A stretch of DNA of 64,000 bases from Prorocentrum cordatum (lineage: Eukaryota): positions 310,001 to 374,000 of the forward strand of contig CAUYUJ010000103.1 in assembly GCA_963575745.1 (NCBI GenBank), in the 5' to 3' direction. The translations under genes were made by a program, and so were the position numbers. The first letter of the stretch is position 1. Each line of letters begins with the position of its first letter. Positions 11,685 to 23,969 of the stretch are shown in pieces. The notes beneath the pieces are model-generated. The model was not told where the DNA came from. It saw only the letters and a list, made by a program, of their open reading frames with translations, and made no database searches.

Positions 11685-14600
11685 CTGCGGCATGTGCGGG
11701 CATGTGCGTCTATGCTTTCAGAGTTTTGCTTGACCGTGCATTCGACTGTGCGTCGGACGGTGTGGCATGTGCGCGCATGTGCGGCAATGCTGTTGAGGCT
11801 TTTGTATATTTGCATGGGCATGTGCATGCGACTGTGCGGCATGTGCCTGCATGTGCGGCCCCTTCCGGACCACAATTTCAAAGTGAACACTATAGAAGTG
11901 AGCGCTATAGAAGTGAGTCCGGTGTATGCCTACATACCTCACGGAAGAGCAACAGGCGCAATGTTAATGTTTGGGATGCCAAACACATGAGCGCAGATGG
12001 AGGCGATTCGCAATGAAACCAGTCCGCAAGGTACAGCGTATCGCACGACGAGCACTCAAAGGAAAAGGCAAGGGTCGAAGTACGGGCAAAGGTAAGCGTC
12101 GGCGATCACATGGTAGAGGCATATTAGCATTCCTAGCATCCCTTACAGGGCCACAGTGTGAAGAAGTGTTTTAGGTGCAGGCAGAAACCACAGGTATACA
12201 TCAGGAAAAGGTAGAGGACGTCGGGGAAACCCGAAGGATGCAAACGGTCAGATTATGGAGTGCGACATATGCCACAGCACACAGCACTTTCGCCGCGAAT
12301 GCCCTCAAGGCGATGGGAGAGGCAGGGGTCCGTCAATACATCTGGCTCAAACTGACTCCGACATGCAGTATGTTGACTGGGGTCTCTTTTAGCTGACCCT
12401 GCCGGTAGCTCAGCTGCAGTTGTAAACTTCATGGCTGCCGGATACCTTAGCGCCAGTATGGCCCTCGAGAGTTGCGCCGGCGCGCTGTTCGTGGTGGCGT
12501 TCACTGGCCACAGCGATGCCGATCTGGCAGAATGGCTAGGTATACCCATCGCGGGGCAAACTGCAGATATTGAATTCGTCGGGAACTTCCACATGCCCGC
12601 CGAAGGAGATGCAGACATGGCGGGGGCACCCGCGAATTCAGAAGCCACTATTTCTGCAACAGACGAGGAAATACAGTTGATGCTTCATCCTCGGGTTATT
12701 GGAAATCCGACAAACATGGAATGGAGTGACGAAGGCCTTTTGCGGGGAAGCCCGCGCGACGTTCGTTATGTGTCTGAGCGCATTCAATATGAGCCTGGCC
12801 ATGATGAAGATTTTCGACGCACATTCGTCGCATCGGCCGCTCTATGAGCCGCCGGGAGCGATCGGCAAGTCGCCAGGTCTGGATGAAAAGGTATAGCGCC
12901 GATGATGACGACGAAGAATGGGAAGACGACGCTCGTCTGGTACGCCGCGGTCGGTTTCCCAGTCGGTCACCCAATCGTGCGCGCGCGCGCCCCAGCGGCG
13001 CTCGCTCTAGCGGCCTTCAGCGCCCTCATCCTCTTGATGCGGGTGCTCCAAAAGCTTCTCCATGGCAGGCCGGGGGGCCTGGCGCCCCCCTGGGGGGGGC
13101 CGCCTGCGGGGGCATCCGCTTCAAGAAGATCAGCCGCAAGAAGAATATCCAGAGGGCGGAGTACAGCGCTTGTTGGCTACGCGGAAGCGGGGTTGGCTCG
13201 TCAGTACATGCCCCCAGGTTAGATGCGTATTGGTTGGGCTCGGTTTGGGCTGAGCATCAGATCCGCCACTGCTATTCTCTTCAAACGAGATGATGACGGC
13301 GAGATCATTCGCTCGACAATGACAGGACCTGTCAAAACACAAGCAAAGATTGCCAATCGCGACTTCAAGGGAAGTGTCATCGAGAAACGGAAGCTTTAAT
13401 TACAGAGGTGTTCGTTGCACGTGCCCCGAATATGCCTGCCGCAGGCCCGGCTGCCCCGTGGGGCGCCCATCAAGAAGCCCGAACTTTAAGAGGACACCGC
13501 GGGTTTGTTCTCATGGTGATTGTCGGGGTTACTGCACCGATCCTAATGAAACGCCATACGAGGCAGTTGGCGGAAGCCGACTACGAGTAAGCAGCGGTCA
13601 GTGAAATATTCCAATCTATCCAGATATGGAAAAGCCTTTCACCTCCTCATTATTCGAAGCAGTTCAATCGCGACTGGCACGCGGAGCACGCGGGGAAATC
13701 TGGTCCACTCAAATCAGAAGAAGATGATCGGCAAGAAGCTGATGAAGATAAAGATGGTGAGATGGCCGAAGCGGTGGACGCCGCGGGAGAAGCTCTCGAA
13801 GGGCACGCCTCAGACGACTCCATTGTCGGGGACGTCACGTGCGAAGCGGGCGCCCCTATAGATCCTGACGGTGCCGTCGCAGCAGAAATGGGCCTTTCTC
13901 CTGGAAGAAGGATTGCCCGCCGCGCTGGAGGGGTAGGTTGGATCAAGACCAGCATGGAACAAATGTTTTAGCTCTACCACGTGCCTCTTGGCCGAGGAGC
14001 AACAGGCCATTATCCGCAATGTGGCCCTCAGAATGCCGAGCGGCATCGACCTGGGCCCTGACCGGGGCCCCGTGCGATATGGGCCATGGGCACGGGCAGG
14101 GGCAGCGGCTGAGGCAGCCCCCAAGCCGAAGCCAGTTCTGCCTATTGATACTTCTCCATCTTCGGATTCGTCGAGTCCGTCGCTCGTCCTGATCAGCTCA
14201 GACCGCCGCCCAAGCAGAAGAAGAGGAAGAGCCCAGATGGCCCTAACCCAGAAGACAGCAAGCAGCAACGACCTGCGGGGCAACCTGCTGACAGACGTCG
14301 ATCCAGAGGGCCAGCGGTGGCTGCCGCAGCAGCTGCGTTTCAAGGCACCAGCGCACCTGCTCCGAAGGGCCCTGCACCGCGTCGCGGCCCTGCGCTGGGT
14401 CGGGCGCGCGGGGCTGGCTGGATGCCGGCGCTGGAGGGGCCATCAAGGGTCGCTTCTTCAACGCGGCGAAGCACGGGCAATAATTTTTTGGAGACGGGCA
14501 CCAGGGACAGCTCCCAAATAGAAGACAGCCGAGCACTACAACATCAATGACAAGAAACGCCAGGACTTTAACATCAGCGCCCCGCCAGGGGCTCCACGGG

Positions 14601-15049
14601 CGCCTAGGGGAACAGCAGGCGCTGCCTCATCATCGGCAGGCGCTCATGCACCCGCAGCATCGGCGACGGCCCAGAGTTCAGCGGGGCAACCTGCTCAGAG
14701 TTCTGCAGGGCAACCTGCTCAGAGTTATGCAGGGCGACCTGCTCTTACTTTGGAGGTGCCCGTCGATTGCCGGCAGTATTGGGGTATTCTACGCATTTCC
14801 AATCGCACGCGGATCACCCCAGCATACCATCCTCAATTTGATGACGGGCCTGATCGATACATCGCGGTGAAATGCGACCTCGAGGGCGCCGCCGTCCTCG
14901 CTGCCAAGGACGCTCGCACGCGCCAGATGGTGCGTAATAGTTTTACGTATACGCTCGATGGTCACGTGCGATTCGGAGAAGGGCGACTTGATTGGGATCC
15001 TCGACGTTGAGAACATCAAAAGGCCAACGTTGAGCCTGGAGGAGCAGCG

Positions 15050-15775
15050 CCGCTGCTCAGAGTGGCTTACGACTGCTCTTCGCCACAAACACTTTCATCG
15101 CAACTATCTCTCTGATAGGTTCCTGCGAGCAGTGCCGTCCTTCGACGAATTCGATGGGTGGGTTGAGTTATCAGAGCTGCCAACCACTGGCCACCTGAAG
15201 GACATGATTGGTATCAGCACAAACACCTGGAGACTGTGCGCCAGCGGCTCCAGATGCGGCGCTGGGCATGCCAGGCTTTAGCTGTGTAGAACCTGACTGG
15301 CATGGTCGACCATGCTGGAATGCAGAACAACTACAGGCTGCAGCTCAATAAGTGCCAGTGCGCCTGAGTCGCACGAGACGTATTCCATCCGCCCAAGCAA
15401 CGGACGCAGTAGCCTTGCGATAAAGTGCCCTGAGTCATTGTATATGAGAATGACAAATATGATTGTTCCAGGTGCACCTTGAGATTTTATTCATGGTACT
15501 CAGTGGGCTAGCATCGCGAATATATTTAGCATTGGGCTGTCGTGCCGCGCTGGCAACACCAGCAAGGAGGGGGGCAGACAGTTGGTTCATGCTTGCCCAT
15601 ACCCAGCATGCGACAATAGAATCCACCTCGGCTTGCGCGTTGACTCCGAAGTATTGGTTATGGTTACTTTGAAGAGCCTGCTTCGGGATAATCTGCCGAT
15701 TTGGCGCTCGGCAAATGATGTTATAATGTCAGCAGGTCGGGGCGGCAGAATTCCTCCGACTCACATCTTTCAGCT
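15050..15775 (+). pseudogene. Tpt1/KptA-like RNA 2'-phosphotransferase domain within element A
   Basis: Ordered motifs SEWLTTALRH, DGWVEL, NYRLQL, IRPSNGRS, FIHGTQWASIANIFSIGL, GRQLVH, GLRVDSEVLVMV, WRSANDVIMSAGRGGRIPP. Local frameshifts and stops are present. Confidence 0.8.
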
Positions 15776-17122
15776 GTTAGGTACTCTACCCAGCGAAAAT
15801 TGCAAGTGCAATCGCGTGGGGCACGTAGGGATCGAACCCATGTACCTGTGGAACATCAGTCAGCAGTATCCGTGCAGTGATATTTCTATCGAGAGAATGT
15901 ACAATTTCCGGAGTGATGCATCATCTTTGATAGATTCGTTTATCCAAGAGACACCCTCCAATTTGAAGTACCCCGAACTGACGCCCATCCAGGGAGTCGA
16001 GTCTTCAATCGTGTTCATGATGCAGGACACGTACCAAGCGGGGGCACCTGCACGGGGATCTGATGGATCTTGGATACAGGCCCAAAGTGCGGACGTGACA
16101 GGTGCGACTTCAAGTGGCATTACTCCCACCGACACGCTATGCGCCAACGACCCGTGGCGTGCTCCAGTGCAGCAGCTGCCAGTACTTGCAGGGCAACCTG
16201 TGTCGTTCGCACCTATGAGCCGAGCCACAACTCCATTTGGGGCTCCACAGAGTGCTGGGAGCACCAATAGCCTGCAGGCATGGCCCCAACGCATTCGGAT
16301 GGACCCGCAGCTCTACCAGGCTTTGCAGGCGACGTCGCCATTCGCATCGCCGCGCCCACATGCGGGGCCACCTGCTTTTCCTGATCGCCACGCTGCACAG
16401 AGGATCGAGAGCTTAGTTGGTCAGCCAGAGTGGATGTACCGGCAGATGCCCGAAGCCGCTCAGAGCATGCGAAGGGATGGCATCGACCTCCCTAGCGCCA
16501 ACTGGACGCCGCATCCGACATGCGATCCGACTGCTGCAGAACGCCCCACAGCAGCACCGATGGACTTCCCAGTGTACCCTGACTATCACGCTCAGGTAAG
16601 TGGTAATCCTCGTGTGGGGGCGCAGCCGGGAAACCCGTATGTACGAGCGACGGCCGACGACTGTTACGCGGTGGGAGTATGTTCCAGACTCAGTTGACGC
16701 GCGGCTCGGGTTACGCGTCAGGCGTGCCGGGCCAGATTCTTCATTGTGGATATTTGGCCGCTTCTATGGATTCAGATGTGCAGCAGCAGGCCCCAGGCCT
16801 TGTAGCGCCATCATCCATGGGGGAGCTGCGCCCAGAGATTCTGGCCGCTCATGAAGCGCAGCAGGCCAACATCGCGATGCAATCAGCCCGCCAGGGTCGC
16901 AACCATGAGCGTCAGGTACGCAGGATGCTGGGCCGTGCGGGGCAACCAGCTACTCCAAATACAGCAGGGGCACCTGCAATTAACCCGGCAGCACTTGCAG
17001 CAATGCAGCTACCGTCGGTCCCACCGATTCGATATGAAGTTGGTGAAACCACTCTGGGGCGCTAGACGCGTATCAGGCCACCGGCAGCACCGGCAATCAT
17101 CAGCGACGGCGGCTTTAACACG

Positions 17123-17293
17123 TGCGCCATATGCTTGGACCACTTCATGGATGACGACGAGGGGGGGGGGAGGTTTTAGTGTGGTCACTTATTCAATGCA
17201 CTGTGCTGGGACCGAGTTGCACATGCTCATGTGGGCAGACAGTTGGCTGGCAATATGGAAGGTACCGCAACAGAGGCACCCTGCGCCATCTGC
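17123..17293 (+). pseudogene. RING-H2 finger, copy 1 (frameshifted)
   Basis: CAIC..CGHLFNALCW..CAIC. Confidence 0.7.
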
Positions 17294-19173
17294 AGGGGCG
17301 TTGGTTTAATCACAGCTGAGTTGCATTATGCCCTTGCTGGGGATCAGGATGCACTGGGTCGTCGTGGAGAGATACTCCGAGGGGCTCACGAACTCAGGGA
17401 CCTTCGCGAAGAGCTCAACCGCGTCACGGCAATGATGATGCACAACAAGGCAGCCCCTACAACAACACCAGCGGGGCAACCTGCGTCATTAGCCAGAGCG
17501 GTACAGGCGACGGAGGCCACCGCGCCCGCTGTGGATACGCCTATGCCACTAATAGCGGAGACTGCCAACAATGCAGGGACACCTGCTGCAACCGCACCAG
17601 CCGCGGTGCCGGTCAACGACATGTAGTTGAGGCGATTGGGGAGAGCCACCGACAGGAGCGCTCGGTGGCCTCGGTCTCCACATACCTGCATGCCACGCGG
17701 GCGAGTGCATCAGTGGCATCAGTGCGATATCCGAGCGCGACATGCTGCATAGTGTGTTCACGGTGAACACAGATGGTCAGATGGGCATGCGCGCTGACAA
17801 AGATGCGTTCCTGAACATGCCTGCCGCGTCTGCATCGCGCCCATGCACGTTTAACGAGCATCCCACGGCCTGGATCTTCGAGAAGAGCCCCATTGCGGAA
17901 GAAGGGGCCCGTGGATACATGCACGTTTTCCCATCTCTGTCAAGAACCGACTGGGTGTTGGAGCAGAGGCGCCGCAGGGGCATGTATGGTACGACGCTGT
18001 CTGAGATGCCGGTGTTGTTTGGAGAACGCCATGTCTTGGCTCTGGCAGCAAACAGTGGAACAATGGTGGATGGCATGCTAACAATCCTTCTGGGCATTGG
18101 CAGCAACATCAACATCATTGGTTTGAAGACGGCACAGACATTCGAACAGGTATTCCGTTCCCACGACACGCCATCAAGGAGCTGTGCCTGGCGAAGAGTC
18201 TCTACTTGCCGGGAGTGGGACATGGTGCCTTTGTATGTGAAAAGTCCTTGCGCCGCAAGGTTGCGTGCAAGGAAAGGGGGGACCTGGCGGGGGCACCTGC
18301 TGTGCCGAGACTTGATACCTACTCAGCGAATGTGGCTGAGGGTTCAGGGGGGAACCTCCCTGCTATTCTGGGTTTGCGGAGCATGTCCAACATGGGGATT
18401 ATCCTGAGCCTGGAGCAGGGGCGCAAGAAGATGGCCACCCCTGGCCCTGGGACTCCACAGAGCGCTGGGGGCGCCAATAGCCTGCAGGCGAGGCTCCAAA
18501 GCATTCGGATGGACCCGCAGCTCTACCAGGCTTTGCAGGCGACGTCGCCATTCGCATCGCCGCGTCCACGTGCGGGGCCACCTGCTTTTCCTGATCGCCA
18601 CGCTGCGCAGAGGATCGAGAGCTTAGTTGGCCAGCAAGAGTGGATGTACCGGCAGATGCCCGAAGCCGCTCAGAGCGTGCGAAGGGGCGGCAGCGACCTC
18701 CCTAGCGCGAGCTGGACGCCGCCTTGGGAGTATGTTCCAGACTCAGTTGACGCGCGGCTCGGGTTGCACGTCAGGTGTGCCGGGCCAGATTCCTTATTAT
18801 GGATATGGCCGCCCCTATGGATTCAGATGTGCAGCAGCAGGCCCCAGGCCTGGTAGTGCCATCATCCACGGGGGAGCTGCGCCCAGAGATTCTGGCCATT
18901 CAAGAGGCGCGGCAGGCCAACATCGCGATGCAATCAGCCCGCCAGGGTCGCAACCATGAGCGTCAGGCAAACAGGGCGCTGGGCCGTGCGGGGCAACCTG
19001 CTACTCCAAATACAGCAGGGACACCTGCAATTAACCCGGCAGCACTTGCAGCAATGCAGCTACCGTCGGTCCCACCGATTCGATATGAAGTTTTTGAAAC
19101 CACTCTGGAGCGACAGACGCGTATCGGGCCATCGGCAACACCGGCAATCATCAGCGTCGGCGGCTTTAACAAG

Positions 19174-19341
19174 TGCGCCATATGTTTGGCTCACTTCATG
19201 CATCGCGACAAGGTCTGGAGGTTTTAGTGTGGTCACAGATTCCATGCACTGTGCTGGGACCGAGTTGCACATGCTCATTTGGACAGACAGTTGGCTGGCA
19301 ATATGGAAGGTACCGCAACTGAGGCACCCTGCGCCATCTGC
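19174..19341 (+). pseudogene. RING-H2 finger, copy 2 (one in-frame stop)
   Basis: CAICLAHFMHRDKVWRF*CGHRFHALCW...APCAIC gives the C3H2C3 ligand pattern. Confidence 0.82.
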
Positions 19342-20159
19342 AGGGGCGTTGGTTTAATCACAGCTGAGTTGCATTATGCCCTTGCTGGGGATCAGGATGC
19401 ACTGGGTCGTCGTGGAGAGATACTCCGAGCGGCTCACGAACTCAGGGACCTTCGCGAAGAGCTCAACCGCGTCACGGCAATGATGATGCACAACACGGCA
19501 GCCCCTACAACAACACCAGCGGGGCAACCTGCGTCATCAGCCAGAGCGGCACAGGCGACGGAGGCCGCCGCGCCCGCTGTGGATACGCCGACGCCACTAA
19601 TAGCGGAGACTGCCAACAATGCAGGGACACCTGCTGCAACCGCACCAGCCGCGGTGCCGGTCAACGACATGTGGTTGAGGCGTTTGGGGAGAGCCACCGA
19701 CAGGAGCGCTCAGTGGCTTCAGTTTCCACATACCTACATGCCATGCGGGCGAGACGCCCGTCCGCGCAGCCAGCGCAGAACGCAGAGCCCGGTGAGCGTG
19801 CGCAGTGGCATAAGTGCGATATCCGAACGCGGCATGTTGCATACTGTGTTAATGGTAAACACAGATGGTCAGATGGGCATGCGCGCCGACGAAGATACGT
19901 TTCTGAACTTGCCTGCCGCGCGTGCATCGCGTCCACGCGCGCATGACGAGTATCCTACGGCCTGGATCTTCGAGAATAACCCCATTCCGGAAGAGGAGGC
20001 CCGTGGATGCATGAACGTTTGCATATCTCTGTCAAGAAACGACTGGGTGTTGGAGCAGAGGCGCCGCAGGGGCATGTCTGGTACGACGCTGTCTGAAGTG
20101 CCGGGCTTGTTTGGAGAACGCTACGAGTTGGCTCGGGCAGCAAACAGTGGAACAATGGT

Positions 20160-20620
20160 GGATGGCATGCTAACAATCCTTCTGGACATTGGCAGCAACA
20201 TCGACATCATTAGTTTGAAGACGGCACAGACATTCGAACAGGTATCCCGTTCCCACGGACACGCCATCAAGGAGCTGAACCTGACGAAGAGGCTCGACGT
20301 GTCGGGAGTGGGACATGGTGCCGCGGTCTGTGGTAAGTCCTTGCACTGCAAGGTTGCGCGCAAGGAAAGGGGGGACCTGGCGGGGGCACCTGCTGCGCCG
20401 AGACTTGATACCTATTCAGCGAATGTGGCTGAGGCTTCAGGGGGGGGTCTCCCTCCTATTCTGGGTTTGAGGAGCATGTCCAAAATGAAGACTATCCTGA
20501 GCCTGGAGCAGGGGCACGAGAAGATGATCATCCCTGGCTCTGATCTGCACAGGCTTCCACTTGGAAAGGGTTCCAGAGAGCTTGATCTGATGATGGCGCC
20601 CCCTGCGCATCTGGCACTCA
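20160..20620 (+). pseudogene. Retropepsin-like aspartic protease of element A
   Basis: ILLDIGSNIDII (Asp at 20185), VSGVG flap, LPPILG. The upstream duplicate has D>G (LLGIGS). Confidence 0.75.
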
Positions 20621-22560
20621 AGGATGACGAGTGCGGGGCCGGGACTGAGGATAAAAGGGTCAATGTCGTTTACAATTGCGGCCGATCCTCAACGCGAGGA
20701 TGGCCCGCTACTTGACAGAGAGGCATCTGATCCAGAGCCAGCCGCTGGGGCACCTGCTGTGAGTGATGCCCACACATTTATGATGCCACAGGATACCAAG
20801 GGCATCAGCCATTCCATCAACGAGGAGACGCTCGCTTCCACGATCCAGCCTGGTGAATAGCATCATGAAGACCTGGCATCGCAGGGATGCGTCCTTCAGG
20901 ACCAACCCCACCTCTGCCGATCAGGACTTCGCTGTGCGCAACTTGCAGGCGAGGGTATATCAGGATTCTTACGAAGGGGGGCGCAAAGTGGACGCCGCCC
21001 GAAGCACAGGCAGGGACACTTGCGGAAGCGGCTGATCCCGCCGAGAAGTTCGATATCTCTACTTCGAGCAGCGGCTCTGCAGCGCAGCATGGCACGGGCA
21101 TTTGGACGCCCCCACCGCCAAATGAGCGACGTGGGCAGGCGCGTGCCACGGCCGCCCGCGCTTGCACGGACAGGCCGGCCGCTCAGGTGCTGTCATCAAG
21201 TGCGGGGAAGCCTGCGTTCTTTTCTCAGGCGCCCGCTGCGCGCGCCAGGGGCAGCGGCAAGCCTGGCTGCGCGGCTGCCGCGGATAGCAGTGGTCCCGGT
21301 TGTGTGGTCGCTGCAGAAAAAAGAGTCCATATCGCATCATTCTCATCATCGTGCATTTGTCATTGAGGATCTACGGACAGCTCGCGCTGAACTCCGAGCC
21401 TGTGGTCATGTGTGACCGTATTACACATGCAGAGGTCATGGCCTCCACTGTTTCACAATATTTGGGTGTCTTACTCTCGGGTGGCTACAAACTGTTATGG
21501 ATGGCAAAACCGGCTGGTTGGCACGTGAGACCGCCTGGAAAGCGGGCAGGAGCACACTTGCAACGCATCCAAATCTTGATGACTGAGGCTCGGGCTCTGC
21601 GCATGACTACTGCGCTTGCGGGGCCACCAGGATACTTCTGCAAACGGGGTCCCATACGAGACGCTACTGAAGATCTTGACTTGCAGGTCATGCGTATGCG
21701 ATTCTGCCATTTCGGTTTGAAATACGACCGTTCTAGTCAGTTGCCTAGCGGATCCCGACGCACCTGTAGAGGTGCACGTGTAAGACAGCAGGGGAACCTG
21801 CGCAACTTACTGAGCGTGCTCTGGATTGGCGTGGACAAGGGGCTTAGAAGGCCGAATGGCGTAACAAGACGTTAGCTATCATGACTGCAAGGTTGCTTGG
21901 TCAAATTGACTTACGCAAGACGCAGAGAAATCACACAAGTGCTGCACACCATAGCACTTACACTCGAGTGGATACATGAGTTCGAACTTACGTTCGGTCT
22001 TCGAACAACAGCCCTGAGTGGGACCATGTCGCCCGACGGGTAACGGTGAACCTGGATGATAATTCGATCGTACAAGGCATCAAGATCCAGGACCAGCCTA
22101 TCGGGTACAATTACAATGCGCCGTTACTGGATGGTGTAACCAACATCCGTACTCGACTTTACTGGGGACAGCCCGATCCGGCTCCCATCGGATACGGGGG
22201 CCCACGTCCACGCCGAAGACGCCGAAGGAGCCCAGTTCACCTGATGTTGCGCGACAGATTGACCAGCGGACAGCATTACCGACCGATGCCCGAATCAAAC
22301 AAAAAGAAAAACAGCAAGCAGACAAAGAAGCGGGCATCAGACCACGCAAGATACCCAAGATAGTCGAAGAAGGCAGCGATGTTTGCGGAGATGACTTTAA
22401 AGGATTAGGATGTGGCGCGTATTATACCGACGCACCCCTTGACTCCGACGCGGAAAGCGTTGATGAGGAGGAGACTTTCATCGCATTATTTGCGGGGTGA
22501 CTTGCTGAACCTTACGCAGATTTATGCTCCATAATCCCCACCTTGTGCTATGGGCGTCCC

Positions 22561-23200
22561 AACAAGGTGGACGTGTTGGAATTATGTGGAGGAAGTGGAG
22601 GTATGCCGCAGCTAGCATTCAGCCGAGGTTTGTCTTCGAGGGGAAACCTCGACGAACGCTCCTTTGTTGACCTTGGAAACAAGGATGTACAGGTTGCTGT
22701 GGTGCACTACCTAGACGTTTGTTTCGTCAATGTTGTCATATTACAACCCAGCTGCAGAAAGACTGGACTTCCTTCCTATTTCAATGCTCAGGTAAACTAC
22801 GATAACTGGTATGAGCATCACAAAGAAGATCTGCCGCATATCAAGTTTTGTGATAAGGTTGTTATGCGTCAGAACGGTCTTCGACGGTTTTCATGTACGA
22901 AAACAACCAGTGGGTACTTGGGTGGATCAGATACCACCATGGACTTCACTGGCCAAATGCAAGGGCACTTGCACGGTTAATATGGTCCAATGCACTACTG
23001 GCTTACGCGATTCCCACGGGATATTGATACGAAAGTCGACCGAGTTCATGGCCAACCACCGCTTTCTTTCTACCCTATGTGAGCAAAGACGATGGGCTGG
23101 TCATCATCAACACGCGTCGGTATGCAACAGAGAACTGCCCATGGCTGCACAGTGCACTCCAAAGATGCAGTCGCTCTTTGCCGATGCAGTTCAGATCGCA
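22561..23200 (+). pseudogene. C5 cytosine methyltransferase-like domain between PR and INT (element A)
   Basis: DVLELCGGSGG (motif I-like), ILQPSC (IV-like), RKQP (VI-like), VQCTTGL..KST (VIII-like). One frameshift. Confidence 0.7.
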
Positions 23201-23969
23201 CACGATCTCTTTCAGGTAAACCGTGACCCCTTCCATGGTCACCCTTTTCTTCCACCGTGTTAGTCACCAACCTGAGAGGATATGATTTGGACGATCCGAC
23301 TTTGCCTCGGCAGCTCGACGGCTCGATCGTGAGACCACTTTCGGGAGGGCTCGGGTGTCCCGCACGCGCAGATAATGTTAAAATGCGCTATCCCTCGCAT
23401 GACAGAAATCCCAGGCATTGTAGGTGGTATGATAAGGAAGACTACCATTGGGAATGTCAGAGCTGCAAGAAGAACTACGGCCAGAACAAGCCCGGGCATG
23501 TACTAGCACCTGGCAAATGCAAGTTTGCCAAACCCCGGAAAATACTTGGCGCTCATGGACAGGTACCACCGGCTCCTGCCGAACCGGCAGCAGGACCTGA
23601 ACCGCCGGCCCCTGCTGAACCAGCAGCACCACCACCCGAGGCGCCTGCCGCACCACCGTTCACGCGGCTAAGAGCACCAAGACCCGGCTCTAGAGCTTGA
23701 CCTACAGCGGGCGCAAGCAGTCACGATATTTCAGTAGGCAGACATGTTGTTAAACCTGCTGCAGGGCCACCTGCCTCGAGCGGAGCTGGAAGTTCGGATG
23801 GCCATCCCGGACTACCACAGGTTAGAGTCAGACGTGGCCGACAGCAAGGTGGAGATGCACCTCTTCCGCCACCAGCGGGCTTTTTGCTGCACGACCACGA
23901 TTTCCAGACTGGTCACGGTTCAACGTTCAAATCAGTTCACAACATTTCCGAAGCTTTGACCCAGGCGTG

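Larger units (their letters stand above)
9682..11924. mobile_element. Non-autonomous TIR DNA element with TA target duplication (Tc1/mariner-like ends)
   Basis: 19-bp TIRs CACCGCACTCACATCTATA / TATAGAAGTGAGTCCGGTG (2 mismatches), TA on both sides. Removing it restores the gag reading DYSD-MPTYLTEEQQAQ. Confidence 0.88.
8409..12302 (+). pseudogene. gag: gag of element A (frameshifted, split by nested TIR element) with CCHC zinc knuckle
   Basis: GPHWGP..FREFAREVHAW Gag-like core, KGKGKG low-complexity segment, and CDICHSTQHFRREC (C-x2-C-x4-H-x4-C) at 12261-12302. Confidence 0.75.
16240..20541 (+). repeat. ~2.1-2.2-kb tandem duplication inside element A (16240-18449 / 18450-20541)
   Basis: Long near-identical stretches, e.g. 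ATTCGGATGGACCCGCAGCTCTACC at ~16293 and ~18503. Copies differ by indels. Confidence 0.95.

Noticed and set aside
22561..23200. Bacterial restriction-modification methylase from contamination
   Set aside because: Embedded between retrotransposon protease and integrase inside matched LTRs.
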